Virus record (IMG/VR): IMGVR_UViG_3300038974_000315
Span: 1-32,660 of that record
Origin: a virus
Taxonomy: Duplodnaviria; Caudoviricetes
Length of the DNA: 32,660 nt
Strand: one strand, 5' to 3'
The notes under the pieces are model-generated. The model did no database searches and was not told the origin of the DNA. It was given only the letters and a program-made list of their open reading frames with translations. The translations under genes were made by a program, and so were the position numbers. Below, one piece after another: positions 9,849 to 18,811 of this stretch. Every line of letters starts with the position of its first letter. Position 1 is the first letter of the stretch.

Positions 9849-10391
9849 ATGCGAGTATATGAGCAATACACTACGTTAATCAGACTTATTGAATCGAAAG
9901 ATATCGGAATCCGTGCGGAATCGGGAAAGACACTGATTCAACTTCAGGACGATTTTATATTTTCTTTTGAATATAAAGGATTGAGCAGCTTTATCAATCT
10001 TTACAAGCCTCAAGCAAAAAGACTTTCAGACCAGAGACCAGAAATATACAAAAAAGAGCAGTATGAGCGTGAAATGATCTTGAATGATCTAAAGTTTTCG
10101 ACTCACATCTTTATGGATAAATACAAAGAGTCGATATATTCACGAAGATTCGTCGCTGTAAATGATTCGTGCATGTCATTCACGCAAGTCAAGGTCGAAG
10201 ACGAATACTATCGATGGTTGTTCGTCAGTAGAAGCACAGAAGTGAAAGAAATGTTACCAGCAGACCTCTATACAATCTTCAACATCGTATGGGAATGGAC
10301 AAACTGGTTTATTGAATACACAAAAACATCAGGAGCAGAAAGAGGAATAAAAATAAAGTTCATCTTGAATAATCCTCATTATTACGTATGA
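9849..10391 (+). CDS. Short thymidylate-synthase-fold protein (dCMP-modifying type)
   Basis: SRR...SCMSFTQ...SRSTE...LPADL...NPHYY aligns by eye to the TS motifs SRR, PC..Q, RSxD, PFN and HxY. Confidence 0.6.
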   Translation: MRVYEQYTTLIRLIESKDIGIRAESGKTLIQLQDDFIFSFEYKGLSSFINLYKPQAKRLSDQRPEIYKKEQYEREMILNDLKFSTHIFMDKYKESIYSRRFVAVNDSCMSFTQVKVEDEYYRWLFVSRSTEVKEMLPADLYTIFNIVWEWTNWFIEYTKTSGAERGIKIKFILNNPHYYV

Positions 10392-12577
10392 TTACTATAA
10401 TAACAGAACCTGCAAATAATCCTTCAAATCAGGAAAAGCTCGTTGAAATCTTCAAGAACCTGAAGAGCCAAAACAAAAACCTTGAGATAAATCTTAGAAT
10501 AGCAAAGCGCTCTGATGCAATGAGAGGTTATCAGCCCAAGAACGAAGAAGTCCTTATTATTTTTGGAAGCAGGCTTTATCAGCATGTTCTGAGAGACATC
10601 AATGAGTTTGATAAGATAGCAGGAAATCCAATGAGAGAGGTGCATAAGTTCTCCTATTTCGTTAGAAGAGGAGATAAGCACTACTTCATCGCGTTCATGC
10701 CTCCAATCGACTTTGCTATGTCGAAGCCAGATACGTTCCTCGCATTCGAGTCATTTATGAAGAGTCTCATTACAACTACTCAGAACTTCAATCTATCGCT
10801 AAAAGAGTCGTATCTTAGCAAATCGTTGGAAACTAGACAGAACTGGCCTATAGATGTTGTTGAAAATGGCTTTTCGCCTAAAATCAAAATGCACATGAGA
10901 TACGATGAAGCAAAGTCTTATCTATACAGCCTGTTTGACCTTCCAGATTGGCACTACATAGCAATAGACTATGAAACAACAAGTTTGAGGTTCTGGGATA
11001 AAGATTTCCACGAAATAAAAGTGTTTTCAGCTTCAACTGAAGACAACCTCGGACATGGTATAAATCTAAGTCTTCCTGGATTAGTGGGATGCTATCAGAA
11101 CGGTCAAACAAAAGAAATCGTTGAACTTCTTGGTAAATACCTCTTTGAAAAGCCAAAAACATTTATTGCGTGGAACATTGGATTTGAGGTCTTCAGTACG
11201 TGTACGTTCTATGGAAAAACATACCGAGATTTCCTAAGGTGCAATCGTCTTCTAGACGGCATGCATCTACTTCACATTCTGTGCGAAAACAGAAAAGTCG
11301 AAGGGTATAATCTAAAAGCAGCGTCAAGAGACCTCTTGAACTTCGCGCAGTATGCATTTGTTCAAAAGTATTTAGATTACATACAAAACTGGAAATCTTA
11401 CACTCCAGAACAGATTATAGAAGCTGCCACTGGTTCGTTGAAATACGCCGCTGAAGATGCCGCAGGTGAGTATTCGCTGACAACTCGTCTAAAAAGAGAA
11501 ATAGAAGACAATCCTATTTCTAAACAGCACTTGATTCGTATAGCACCGAAAGTGATGGCGGTAAAGCTTGAAACAGAATGGAACGGACTTACGGTCGACT
11601 GCGATGGAATGGCAAAAGGTTCTATTGCATGTTCGGGATGGGAGCTAGATAACATCGTCAAGCCCACTCTGAAGAAATGTGAAGAATCTTCAGATAAACG
11701 TCTTCATGCCGACATGTTTATTTTCTCAACCGTAACAGGTAGAATGCTATACGGAAAGCCGTATCTAAACGGAATGAAGATAGGAACAAAAGCATCACAG
11801 TATTTTCTAGCCGATCCGGGTCATAAGCTCCTGTACATTGACCTGAACTCTGCTGATCTACGATGTGCAGCTCTTCTATCACAAGATGAAAATCTCATCA
11901 ACGATCTAAATGAAGAGGGAGATTACTACGAGAGGTTCGCAAAACAACTATTCGCAGGATTAGGGATCGGCGAAAAAGAACGAAACATTGCAAAGGCATT
12001 CGTCTTGGCAATGCTAAATCTTTCAGGCAATGAAACAATCGCAAAAGAAACGGGAGTGAGCGTTGCAGACGTCAAAGCGTACAAATCTATTTTCTATGAT
12101 AGATACGCCGGAATGAAAGATTACAGATACAAACTCGAGAACTTCCTAAAGATGAATCACATGATTTTCTCTGCTAGCTGGAGAATGAGAAGATTTTCTG
12201 ACGATGACATGACGGAAGGTAAAGATGGAAACTTCTTCAAATCATTCTTGAGCGCTCACAACTTCCCATTCCAATCAACAACCGCAGACTTCATGGTAGT
12301 AAACTGTTTCGACTTCATAGGAGAAACTAGAGATCTTGGAGTAAAACAGTGCATGCTAAACATCGACGCCGCTGTATTCAATGTTCCAACAGAAAATCTT
12401 GAAACAGTGAAAGAAAAACTTAAGATGTTCGAACTAGTGCATTTCGATCTGGTCAATGGTGCAAAGCACTTCAATCGACTAGTTCTTCAAAAAGATGGCG
12501 AAATAAAAATGAAACTTCCTAAGTTTACGTATAAAGCATTTGTCGGAAACAATCTAAACGAAATGGAGAGATTATAA
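10388..12577 (+). CDS. Family A DNA polymerase-like protein (3'-5' exonuclease plus degenerate polymerase domain)
   Basis: Exo motifs IDYETT, WNIGFE and YAAED. Pol motifs TVTGRM, IDLNSADLR, RNIAKAF, NFPFQSTTAD and NIDAAVF. Confidence 0.8.
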   Translation: MITIITEPANNPSNQEKLVEIFKNLKSQNKNLEINLRIAKRSDAMRGYQPKNEEVLIIFGSRLYQHVLRDINEFDKIAGNPMREVHKFSYFVRRGDKHYFIAFMPPIDFAMSKPDTFLAFESFMKSLITTTQNFNLSLKESYLSKSLETRQNWPIDVVENGFSPKIKMHMRYDEAKSYLYSLFDLPDWHYIAIDYETTSLRFWDKDFHEIKVFSASTEDNLGHGINLSLPGLVGCYQNGQTKEIVELLGKYLFEKPKTFIAWNIGFEVFSTCTFYGKTYRDFLRCNRLLDGMHLLHILCENRKVEGYNLKAASRDLLNFAQYAFVQKYLDYIQNWKSYTPEQIIEAATGSLKYAAEDAAGEYSLTTRLKREIEDNPISKQHLIRIAPKVMAVKLETEWNGLTVDCDGMAKGSIACSGWELDNIVKPTLKKCEESSDKRLHADMFIFSTVTGRMLYGKPYLNGMKIGTKASQYFLADPGHKLLYIDLNSADLRCAALLSQDENLINDLNEEGDYYERFAKQLFAGLGIGEKERNIAKAFVLAMLNLSGNETIAKETGVSVADVKAYKSIFYDRYAGMKDYRYKLENFLKMNHMIFSASWRMRRFSDDDMTEGKDGNFFKSFLSAHNFPFQSTTADFMVVNCFDFIGETRDLGVKQCMLNIDAAVFNVPTENLETVKEKLKMFELVHFDLVNGAKHFNRLVLQKDGEIKMKLPKFTYKAFVGNNLNEMERL

Positions 12578-12852
12578 TGATTTACGCATTCCAATGCCCG
12601 TCGTGCGGCTCAGTAAAAGAAATCCACTTGAGTCTTGCCGACTATGAAAGCTTTACTAAAACTACGTGTGACAATAAGCTTTGTTCTAGACGCAGTCTAA
12701 CAAAAAAAGAACAGATAATCAACTTTCAAGGTGAAATAAACATGAACTCTAGTTCTGTCGGTGTTGCCCATAGGAAGTATTCTAATAAAGCCGGCGGACC
12801 TAAACCTGTCATCGACGGAAAGGTTAGAAACGACCTCAAAATAAAATCATGA
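12577..12852 (+). CDS. FmdB-like zinc-ribbon protein
   Basis: MIYAFQCPSCG...CxxxxC. Confidence 0.7.
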   Translation: MIYAFQCPSCGSVKEIHLSLADYESFTKTTCDNKLCSRRSLTKKEQIINFQGEINMNSSSVGVAHRKYSNKAGGPKPVIDGKVRNDLKIKS

Positions 12853-13685
12853 TCAATCTCACGAGTCTGCTGCATACATTTTCTATTTACGCAAATCGGT
12901 ACGGAGGACCGAGGTATCGAACTGAAGAACTTGCGAAGTTCCTCAATAAACATCTGTATAACGTTCAAGAACAACAGCTTAGAATGGGCGAAAAAGTAAA
13001 CGCCAGCCTCGTAAACTCTGCATTTCTGAGCTCTCGTCACACTCCTCTTTATCTGTCATCAATCCAAATGACGAACAGTAGAGTCTGGATTGTTGAAGAT
13101 GAACTGGGGTTTGAAGCCATGTTTTCAGAAGGCACAAAAATACTTATCGAAAAAGATGGAAAGATTCAGTTTGAGAAAATAGAAAATCTAAAACCAGGAA
13201 ATAAACGAATAATAAACTTTGAAAAAGTCGATGCTCTAAAGAATGACAAGCTCAATCATGACAATAAAAGAGGATCATTTACAGAAAACTTCATAAGAAT
13301 CGAAAACATCGACGAGTATTCCGGTCAAATCATGCTATGCGACGCTCTAACTTCTATGATGTTGCTGAAACAAAAAGGCACATCATTAGAAAGAATCGAT
13401 AAGTTCAATAACGAAAACATTCAAGAAGTCTATTTCATAGATCTCGTCAGAGTAGACTGTGTTGACGTTCTATACCAGTCGTACAATCTAGAGTTTTCAC
13501 CATTCAGCTATGTGCTAAAGAAGAATACAAAGCTTAGCGATGATTCAAAAAATCGGTACTACGAGTATAGAAAGAAAACCGCAGGAAAACGATTTCTAGA
13601 AAAAATGAGATCAAAAGCGTTTGAAATCAAGAAGGACAAGATCGCCATAGAAATGGAACTAAAACGTGAAGAAAATACAGATTAA
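12849..13685 (+). CDS. Hypothetical protein with a Hint-like segment
   Basis: 278-aa ORF with ATGA overlap. The segment FSEGTKILIEKDGKIQFEKIENLKPG resembles the Hint N-terminal block. Confidence 0.6.
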   Translation: MINLTSLLHTFSIYANRYGGPRYRTEELAKFLNKHLYNVQEQQLRMGEKVNASLVNSAFLSSRHTPLYLSSIQMTNSRVWIVEDELGFEAMFSEGTKILIEKDGKIQFEKIENLKPGNKRIINFEKVDALKNDKLNHDNKRGSFTENFIRIENIDEYSGQIMLCDALTSMMLLKQKGTSLERIDKFNNENIQEVYFIDLVRVDCVDVLYQSYNLEFSPFSYVLKKNTKLSDDSKNRYYEYRKKTAGKRFLEKMRSKAFEIKKDKIAIEMELKREENTD

Positions 13686-13829
13686 AAACAATGAAAATAA
13701 AATAGAGATTCCAATGGGAATCTACGTCAACGGATTCATTATTAACGCACCTATGAGCAAAAAACAAGAATCCGTGGTAAAATTAAATCATAATACAACG
13801 TCTACACCGACTATAAAGGAGAAATAACA

Positions 13830-14525
13830 ATGGCAACACCAAAGACAATCGTATCAGAGCAGTTCTATCACAAGACGTCAGTTATCAGATTCGAACTCGG
13901 ATCGTTTAAAGACGTCGCAAAGTTCAAGATCGAAATAGCACCTCAGCTTCATGAAAATGGTCAGCCAGTCGAAAAGAGATTCGACTATGACAAGAAGATC
14001 ACCATGGTCTTCGGATTCACTGAACTTCTTCGAGTAAAGAGAATGGTTGAAAACGTTCTCAACCCTCAGCGGCAGGTCCCTAAAGACGGCTATGCAATCG
14101 AGCACTTCTTTGAAGTCTCGGGTGAAAAGAAAAAGTCCTGCCTCTTTGTAAAGAGAACAGAAAATCTCGGGAAGAATGACGCTGCCAAGTGGGAAAAAGA
14201 CCCCTATCAGTTTCCATTCTCTGCGGTTCTAACTCTTTATTCGTCTGTTTCCAACACATCTAACTCTTTCGTTCTTTCCGCCGAAGAAGCTTATTGGGTT
14301 ATGAACGAAATGCCGTTCTTCGCATGGTCTTTCATGGAAGAAAATGCAAGAATCATCGCCGAAAATAGAGCAATCAAAGCTTCAGGCGGACAAGTCCCCG
14401 ATCAGTCTGCTGGAAGAAGCCAGCATAGAACCCCTGCTGCTGGTGCTGATTTTTCAGGTGAAGGTGCACCATCTCAAGGAACTCCTGCTTTCCAAGACCA
14501 GAGCTTCGACGACATTCTGTTCTAA
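13830..14525 (+). CDS. Putative single-stranded DNA-binding protein
   Basis: Strong RBS (AAGGAG), G/S/A/P-rich linker and acidic tip QSFDDILF similar to SSB DFDDDIPF. Lies directly before the helicase. Confidence 0.55.
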   Translation: MATPKTIVSEQFYHKTSVIRFELGSFKDVAKFKIEIAPQLHENGQPVEKRFDYDKKITMVFGFTELLRVKRMVENVLNPQRQVPKDGYAIEHFFEVSGEKKKSCLFVKRTENLGKNDAAKWEKDPYQFPFSAVLTLYSSVSNTSNSFVLSAEEAYWVMNEMPFFAWSFMEENARIIAENRAIKASGGQVPDQSAGRSQHRTPAAGADFSGEGAPSQGTPAFQDQSFDDILF

Positions 14526-14608
14526 ATCAAACAAGATGTGGGTTACGCTGAGTATTAAATGCAAGTTGCAGCTTGCTGCCCACTCTTCTATTCTTCTGAG
14601 GTAAAAGA

Positions 14609-16012
14609 ATGATCACTAAATACATTAGTATAAGCAATGAGATGGTCGTCAATCTTCTAAATGTTTTGTTAGAATCTATTGATGAGCATCATTTGTTTAT
14701 CTTCGAGCGAGCTCTAAAGTTCCGTTATTTCGATGAGCCTGTCATACAAGATCCAGAAATACAAGATCAGTTTGTAGAAACCATAAAAGACAGACTGGCA
14801 AATAACGATAAGTTCTACATTATTGAAAAGTTCAAAGGAAAGAAGCTTGAGAAAATAATAGAAAAAGGAATGGCTCGTAGAGAAGCAAACGACATAAACG
14901 AAGGCTCATGTATAAAGTATTTCACCGAAAAAATAGAGAGTTTCGTCCTGCTCAAGAATGCACAGCAAATCGTTGCATCAGTAAAGAACGCCGACTCAAA
15001 CATGAGTCTCGGAATAATGGATGAAAAAGATCTAGCTCTAATAAAATCAAACATCTATAGCCTTCTAAACGATCTTACATTCGAAGCCGACTTTGGCGAA
15101 ATGGAACTAGATGATGTAGCAAAAAGAGAACGAGATAAATCAATAATCAACACTGCAAAGATTATTCCTACTTTTTCTGACCGACTAAACGAATACCTTG
15201 TAGGCGGAGCGTATCCTAACAAGCTGTATTTTATTGCAGCTCCTCCAGGATTTGGAAAATCGCTGTTCCTCGTAAACATCGGTTATCAAGCTCTTCTAAA
15301 AGAAAAGACAGTGTTTCATTTTTCATTAGAAATGTCAACATCAGAAGTCATGACAAGATACGACTGTCTTATCGCTAACAAGCCGATTCTCGACATTATC
15401 AATAGTCCGACCTCTGTAATAGATGAATACGTAAATAAGTTTACAGATGAGCATCCAAAAGGCTATTTGCTGCTGAAAGAGTTTCCTCCTGAAGTTCTAA
15501 CAAAAGAGATGTTGTCTCTTTACATCAAAAGAAAGATCATGTCGAGTGGAAAGAAACCCGACTTGATTATAGTAGACTATGCCGACTTGATGAAATCATC
15601 AGTGAAGAATACAGAACGAAGATCAGACCTTGGATTGATCTATAGACAACTGAAGGCTCTTTCATCGGAGTTTCAGTGCCCCGTCTGGACCGCTTCTCAG
15701 ATCAATAGAGCTGGTTACGATAGAGCTGAATCTGACATTTCTAACTTGTCAGAATCGTGGGAGAAGGCAATGATAGCAGATTTGGTTCTCGTCGCTCGTC
15801 AAACAAAGGAAGAGTTTGTCGCTAATAAGCTCAGATTATACATTGGAAAGAACCGCAGTGGTCAGGCAAGAATGGAAATACCCTGTAAAATCAACTATCG
15901 GTACATGAGAATCGAAGAAAGCGATGAAGTAGATCTCGTCGATCTAGATGAAGTCAGCTTTGGAGGTAAAAAATCTCGTCAAAATGATGATGAAGATGAA
16001 ATTTTTGGATAA
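14609..16012 (+). CDS. dnaB: DnaB-like replicative helicase
   Basis: AAPPGFGKS, FSLEM, IIVDY, ASQINR and KNRSG motifs. Confidence 0.9.
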   Translation: MITKYISISNEMVVNLLNVLLESIDEHHLFIFERALKFRYFDEPVIQDPEIQDQFVETIKDRLANNDKFYIIEKFKGKKLEKIIEKGMARREANDINEGSCIKYFTEKIESFVLLKNAQQIVASVKNADSNMSLGIMDEKDLALIKSNIYSLLNDLTFEADFGEMELDDVAKRERDKSIINTAKIIPTFSDRLNEYLVGGAYPNKLYFIAAPPGFGKSLFLVNIGYQALLKEKTVFHFSLEMSTSEVMTRYDCLIANKPILDIINSPTSVIDEYVNKFTDEHPKGYLLLKEFPPEVLTKEMLSLYIKRKIMSSGKKPDLIIVDYADLMKSSVKNTERRSDLGLIYRQLKALSSEFQCPVWTASQINRAGYDRAESDISNLSESWEKAMIADLVLVARQTKEEFVANKLRLYIGKNRSGQARMEIPCKINYRYMRIEESDEVDLVDLDEVSFGGKKSRQNDDEDEIFG

Positions 16013-16026
16013 TCTTTTTTCAACTG

Positions 16027-16056
16027 TGCGCATTTTTACTAAAAATATGTTAATAT
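16027..16056 (+). promoter_or_regulatory. Putative sigma70-type promoter of the RNA array
   Basis: TGCGCA-N18-TAATAT with extended -10 TG. Predicted start about 16063-16065 coincides with the first RNA unit. Confidence 0.5.
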
Positions 16057-16064
16057 AAATAATG

Positions 16065-16552
16065 AAGGCACTAACAGCAAAACACTTATAAACCTCAGAC
16101 CTCTAATCTGAACTGTTATAAAGTGCCTTGATTGTAGATTCTTTATAAGATGCATACAGCAAACATACTTATTGTGACCATACTCAGGGCGTGTTGGCTT
16201 TCACTCGATAAAGCTCGTAGTACCGCGTTAAGGGCTGCATCTTGAGTTTATCGTTCTTTGACTTTGTAGGCGCATACAGCAATCATACTCTTATGAGCAG
16301 AAGCTCCACGGGGCTTCACCAAGGGTGGTTCCTCTAAAGACCCGTAAAATCCTGCGTTATGGATGGCGCCTAGAGATTATTTATTTTAGACACTCACAGC
16401 AATACTACACTCGTTGCCTTGTTAGCAATACAATCGGTTCGATTCCGATGTTGGCGATGGTCCGCCTGTTACAGTGTCTAGTTTATTTTTGTATTGACCC
16501 TAACAGCAACTCACAAACTTTCTTCTAATGAAAAAGAAAAAAATGGGTCTAG
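16065..16552 (+). ncRNA. Array of five stem-closed RNA units sharing ACAGCAA (candidate Ro60/TROVE partner RNAs)
   Basis: Units 16065-16130, 16147-16244, 16267-16373, 16387-16481 and 16496-16552. Each has a different self-complementary terminal stem, then ACAGCAA-N3-7-ACTY, and ends CTTG or CTAG. Confidence 0.75.
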
Positions 16553-16576
16553 TCCCCTCACACAAAGGAGAAAAGC

Positions 16577-18064
16577 ATGTCTGAAAAACTTCTTCGAGCT
16601 CTTGAAAACGAAACCAACTTCACTCTCACTGAAAATGACGCAGTAGCCAGAAAGACGACAGGTTCAGACCTTCTGAACTTCTTCTCTCTTGCAGGTGCAT
16701 TGCGCGAAAGGTCGGAAGCTGACATCGTCAATCTCTTCGACATCGCATTCTGTGAAAATCCTCGTTTCGCAATGAAAGCTCTGTTCTATTTCAGAGACAT
16801 CCGTGGCGGTCAGGGTGAAAGACGAACCTTCAGAGTAATCCTGAAGCACCTCGCAAACGACTCTTCAACCCGAAACTGGCTGAAGAAGAATCTCAGCCTC
16901 ATCCCTGAGTACGGTAGGTGGGACGATCTGTTCGTCCTGTTCAATACAGATCTCGAAAGAAACGTAGTCGACCTCATCGTCAATCAGCTCAACAAAGACA
17001 TGAGAACTCCAAATCCTTCGATTCTAGCAAAGTGGCTTCCTTCAGAAAACGCTTCTTCAAAGGAAAGCAAGTACCAGGCTTTGAAGCTCATCAGCTATCT
17101 CGGCACTTCTCCTCGTTCATACAGAAAGACTCTTTCATCTCTCCGTAGAAAGATCGACATCGTAGAGAGCAAGCTTTCTGCAGGTGAGTGGAGCGATATC
17201 AACTACGAACGCGTTCCTTCACAGGCTAACGTTCTTTATCGTAAGGCATTCCACCGTCACGATGGAGACCGCTATCGTTCGTTCCTCGAAGCCGTAAAGA
17301 AGGGTGAAAAGACCATCAAGGCGGGAGTGTTGTATCCATACGACATCGTCCGCAAGTGCTTCGATCACGACTGCACTAGGGATAGCCTTGATGCGCTGTG
17401 GAACGCTCTTCCTGACTACCTTGAAGGAACTCAGGAAAACGCCATCGTAGTTACAGATACGTCGGGATCTATGTGCAGCAACAACTATCTCCCACTTTCG
17501 ATCTCTGTTTCGCTCGCGATCTACGCAGCCGAAAGAAACAAGGGAGTATTCCATAACAAGTTCATCACATTCTCGGGTTCTCCTGAACTCCAGACTGTAA
17601 AGGGCCGCACGATCGCCGACAAAGTTCGTAATCTGTCGAAAGCCGACTGGGGTATGAACACCAACGTTGAAGCAGTGTTCGATCTGATCCTAAACACCGC
17701 TATCAAGAATCACCTTCGTAAAGACGAAATGGTAAAGAAGATCTATGTCGTTTCTGACATGGAATTCGATTCTTGCGCAGCTTCAAATAGTGCAAGTAGA
17801 GGGTTGAAAGAAACTCTATTCCAGTCTATCAGAAGGAAGTATCGAAACGCCGGATACGACATGCCTCTTCTCGTGTTCTGGTGTGTAAACGGAAGAAACA
17901 ATCAACACCCAATGTCGATGGATGACAGAGGATTCCTTAACGTTTCTGGAGCTAGCGCAAGCATCTTCACGAAACTCATCAAGAACGAGTTTGCCGACGC
18001 CTATTCGTTCATGATCGATGTCCTTAGTTCTCCACGATACGAAAAGGTAGAGTATAATGGCTAA
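16577..18064 (+). CDS. TROVE-like/vWA protein (DUF2828 family, Ro60-related)
   Basis: TENDA, RDIRGGQGER, YGRWDDL and AKWLP motifs, plus vWA MIDAS DTSGSM, SDMEFD and VFWCV. RBS AAGGAG. Confidence 0.85.
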   Translation: MSEKLLRALENETNFTLTENDAVARKTTGSDLLNFFSLAGALRERSEADIVNLFDIAFCENPRFAMKALFYFRDIRGGQGERRTFRVILKHLANDSSTRNWLKKNLSLIPEYGRWDDLFVLFNTDLERNVVDLIVNQLNKDMRTPNPSILAKWLPSENASSKESKYQALKLISYLGTSPRSYRKTLSSLRRKIDIVESKLSAGEWSDINYERVPSQANVLYRKAFHRHDGDRYRSFLEAVKKGEKTIKAGVLYPYDIVRKCFDHDCTRDSLDALWNALPDYLEGTQENAIVVTDTSGSMCSNNYLPLSISVSLAIYAAERNKGVFHNKFITFSGSPELQTVKGRTIADKVRNLSKADWGMNTNVEAVFDLILNTAIKNHLRKDEMVKKIYVVSDMEFDSCAASNSASRGLKETLFQSIRRKYRNAGYDMPLLVFWCVNGRNNQHPMSMDDRGFLNVSGASASIFTKLIKNEFADAYSFMIDVLSSPRYEKVEYNG

Positions 18065-18614
18065 GAGATCTCTTATTAGACCCGACTTAGTAGAAATAAT
18101 CCGACAGCACGCTGGGAAGCTCGAACTTCCCAGTGTGTTCGTCGTCGATGGCACCTATCAGCCAGTAGACAAAGAAATCATGTTAGGAGCATTCAGTATC
18201 TGTGAATCATCTGGAGGTTATAATAAACCGCCAAGATTTGAGCCGGCTTATGGACCCGGAGGACGATACTACAAGGTGTCCGAACTACAGCGAAATCTGT
18301 ATGAAAAATACGGTAAAGACGCATCAAGTTCGTGGAGCTCGTTTCAAGTCATGTTCCTTGTGTATCATGAACTTGGATTTACTGGTGCGACTCCGACGAA
18401 AGCAGACGATGATAACTATTCTCTGCCCGTTGCCATAAAGCTCTTCAATCGAAGAATCCTCCGCCTTGGCCCTAAGTTCCTCAGTCAGGCAGGCGACGCA
18501 TACAACTCAGGAAACTTCAAAGACGCTAATGTCCCAGTCGACTACATAAAGAAACTATTGAATAACTATAAGCTAGTACAAAACTCGGGCTTGTTCACAA
18601 AACAAGACGTATAA
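18057..18614 (+). CDS. Lysozyme-fold muramidase/transglycosylase (candidate endolysin)
   Basis: CESSGG...RFEP, SSWSSFQVM and AYNSG motifs. Confidence 0.6.
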   Translation: MAKRSLIRPDLVEIIRQHAGKLELPSVFVVDGTYQPVDKEIMLGAFSICESSGGYNKPPRFEPAYGPGGRYYKVSELQRNLYEKYGKDASSSWSSFQVMFLVYHELGFTGATPTKADDDNYSLPVAIKLFNRRILRLGPKFLSQAGDAYNSGNFKDANVPVDYIKKLLNNYKLVQNSGLFTKQDV

Positions 18615-18625
18615 AGGAAAAATAA

Positions 18626-18811
18626 ATGTCTTACAAAGAATTAAAAATTATTTATGATGAAAAAGATGGAAATTACTATTTTGACAATCCTGGATATGAT
18701 CTTCTCGGACCATTTTCTTCTAGAAACGAAGCTATAAAAAAGGGATCAGAGCACTATGGATTCGACGAAAAAATCCAGCTGCATTTACAGAATAACAAAT
18801 GTTATAAATAA
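18626..18811 (+). CDS. Small hypothetical protein
   Basis: RBS AAGGA. The YYFD...GPFSSRNEA motif is shared with ORF 32461-32601. Confidence 0.6.
   Translation: MSYKELKIIYDEKDGNYYFDNPGYDLLGPFSSRNEAIKKGSEHYGFDEKIQLHLQNNKCYK

Noticed and set aside
16325-16528. 67-aa ORF in the ORF track
   Set aside because: It has no convincing RBS or recognisable motif and overlaps structured RNA units 3-5.
16065-16552. CRISPR array interpretation of the repeated ACAGCAA units
   Set aside because: Only 7 nt are identical, unit lengths vary from about 57 to 107 nt, each unit is closed by its own stem, and no cas genes are present.
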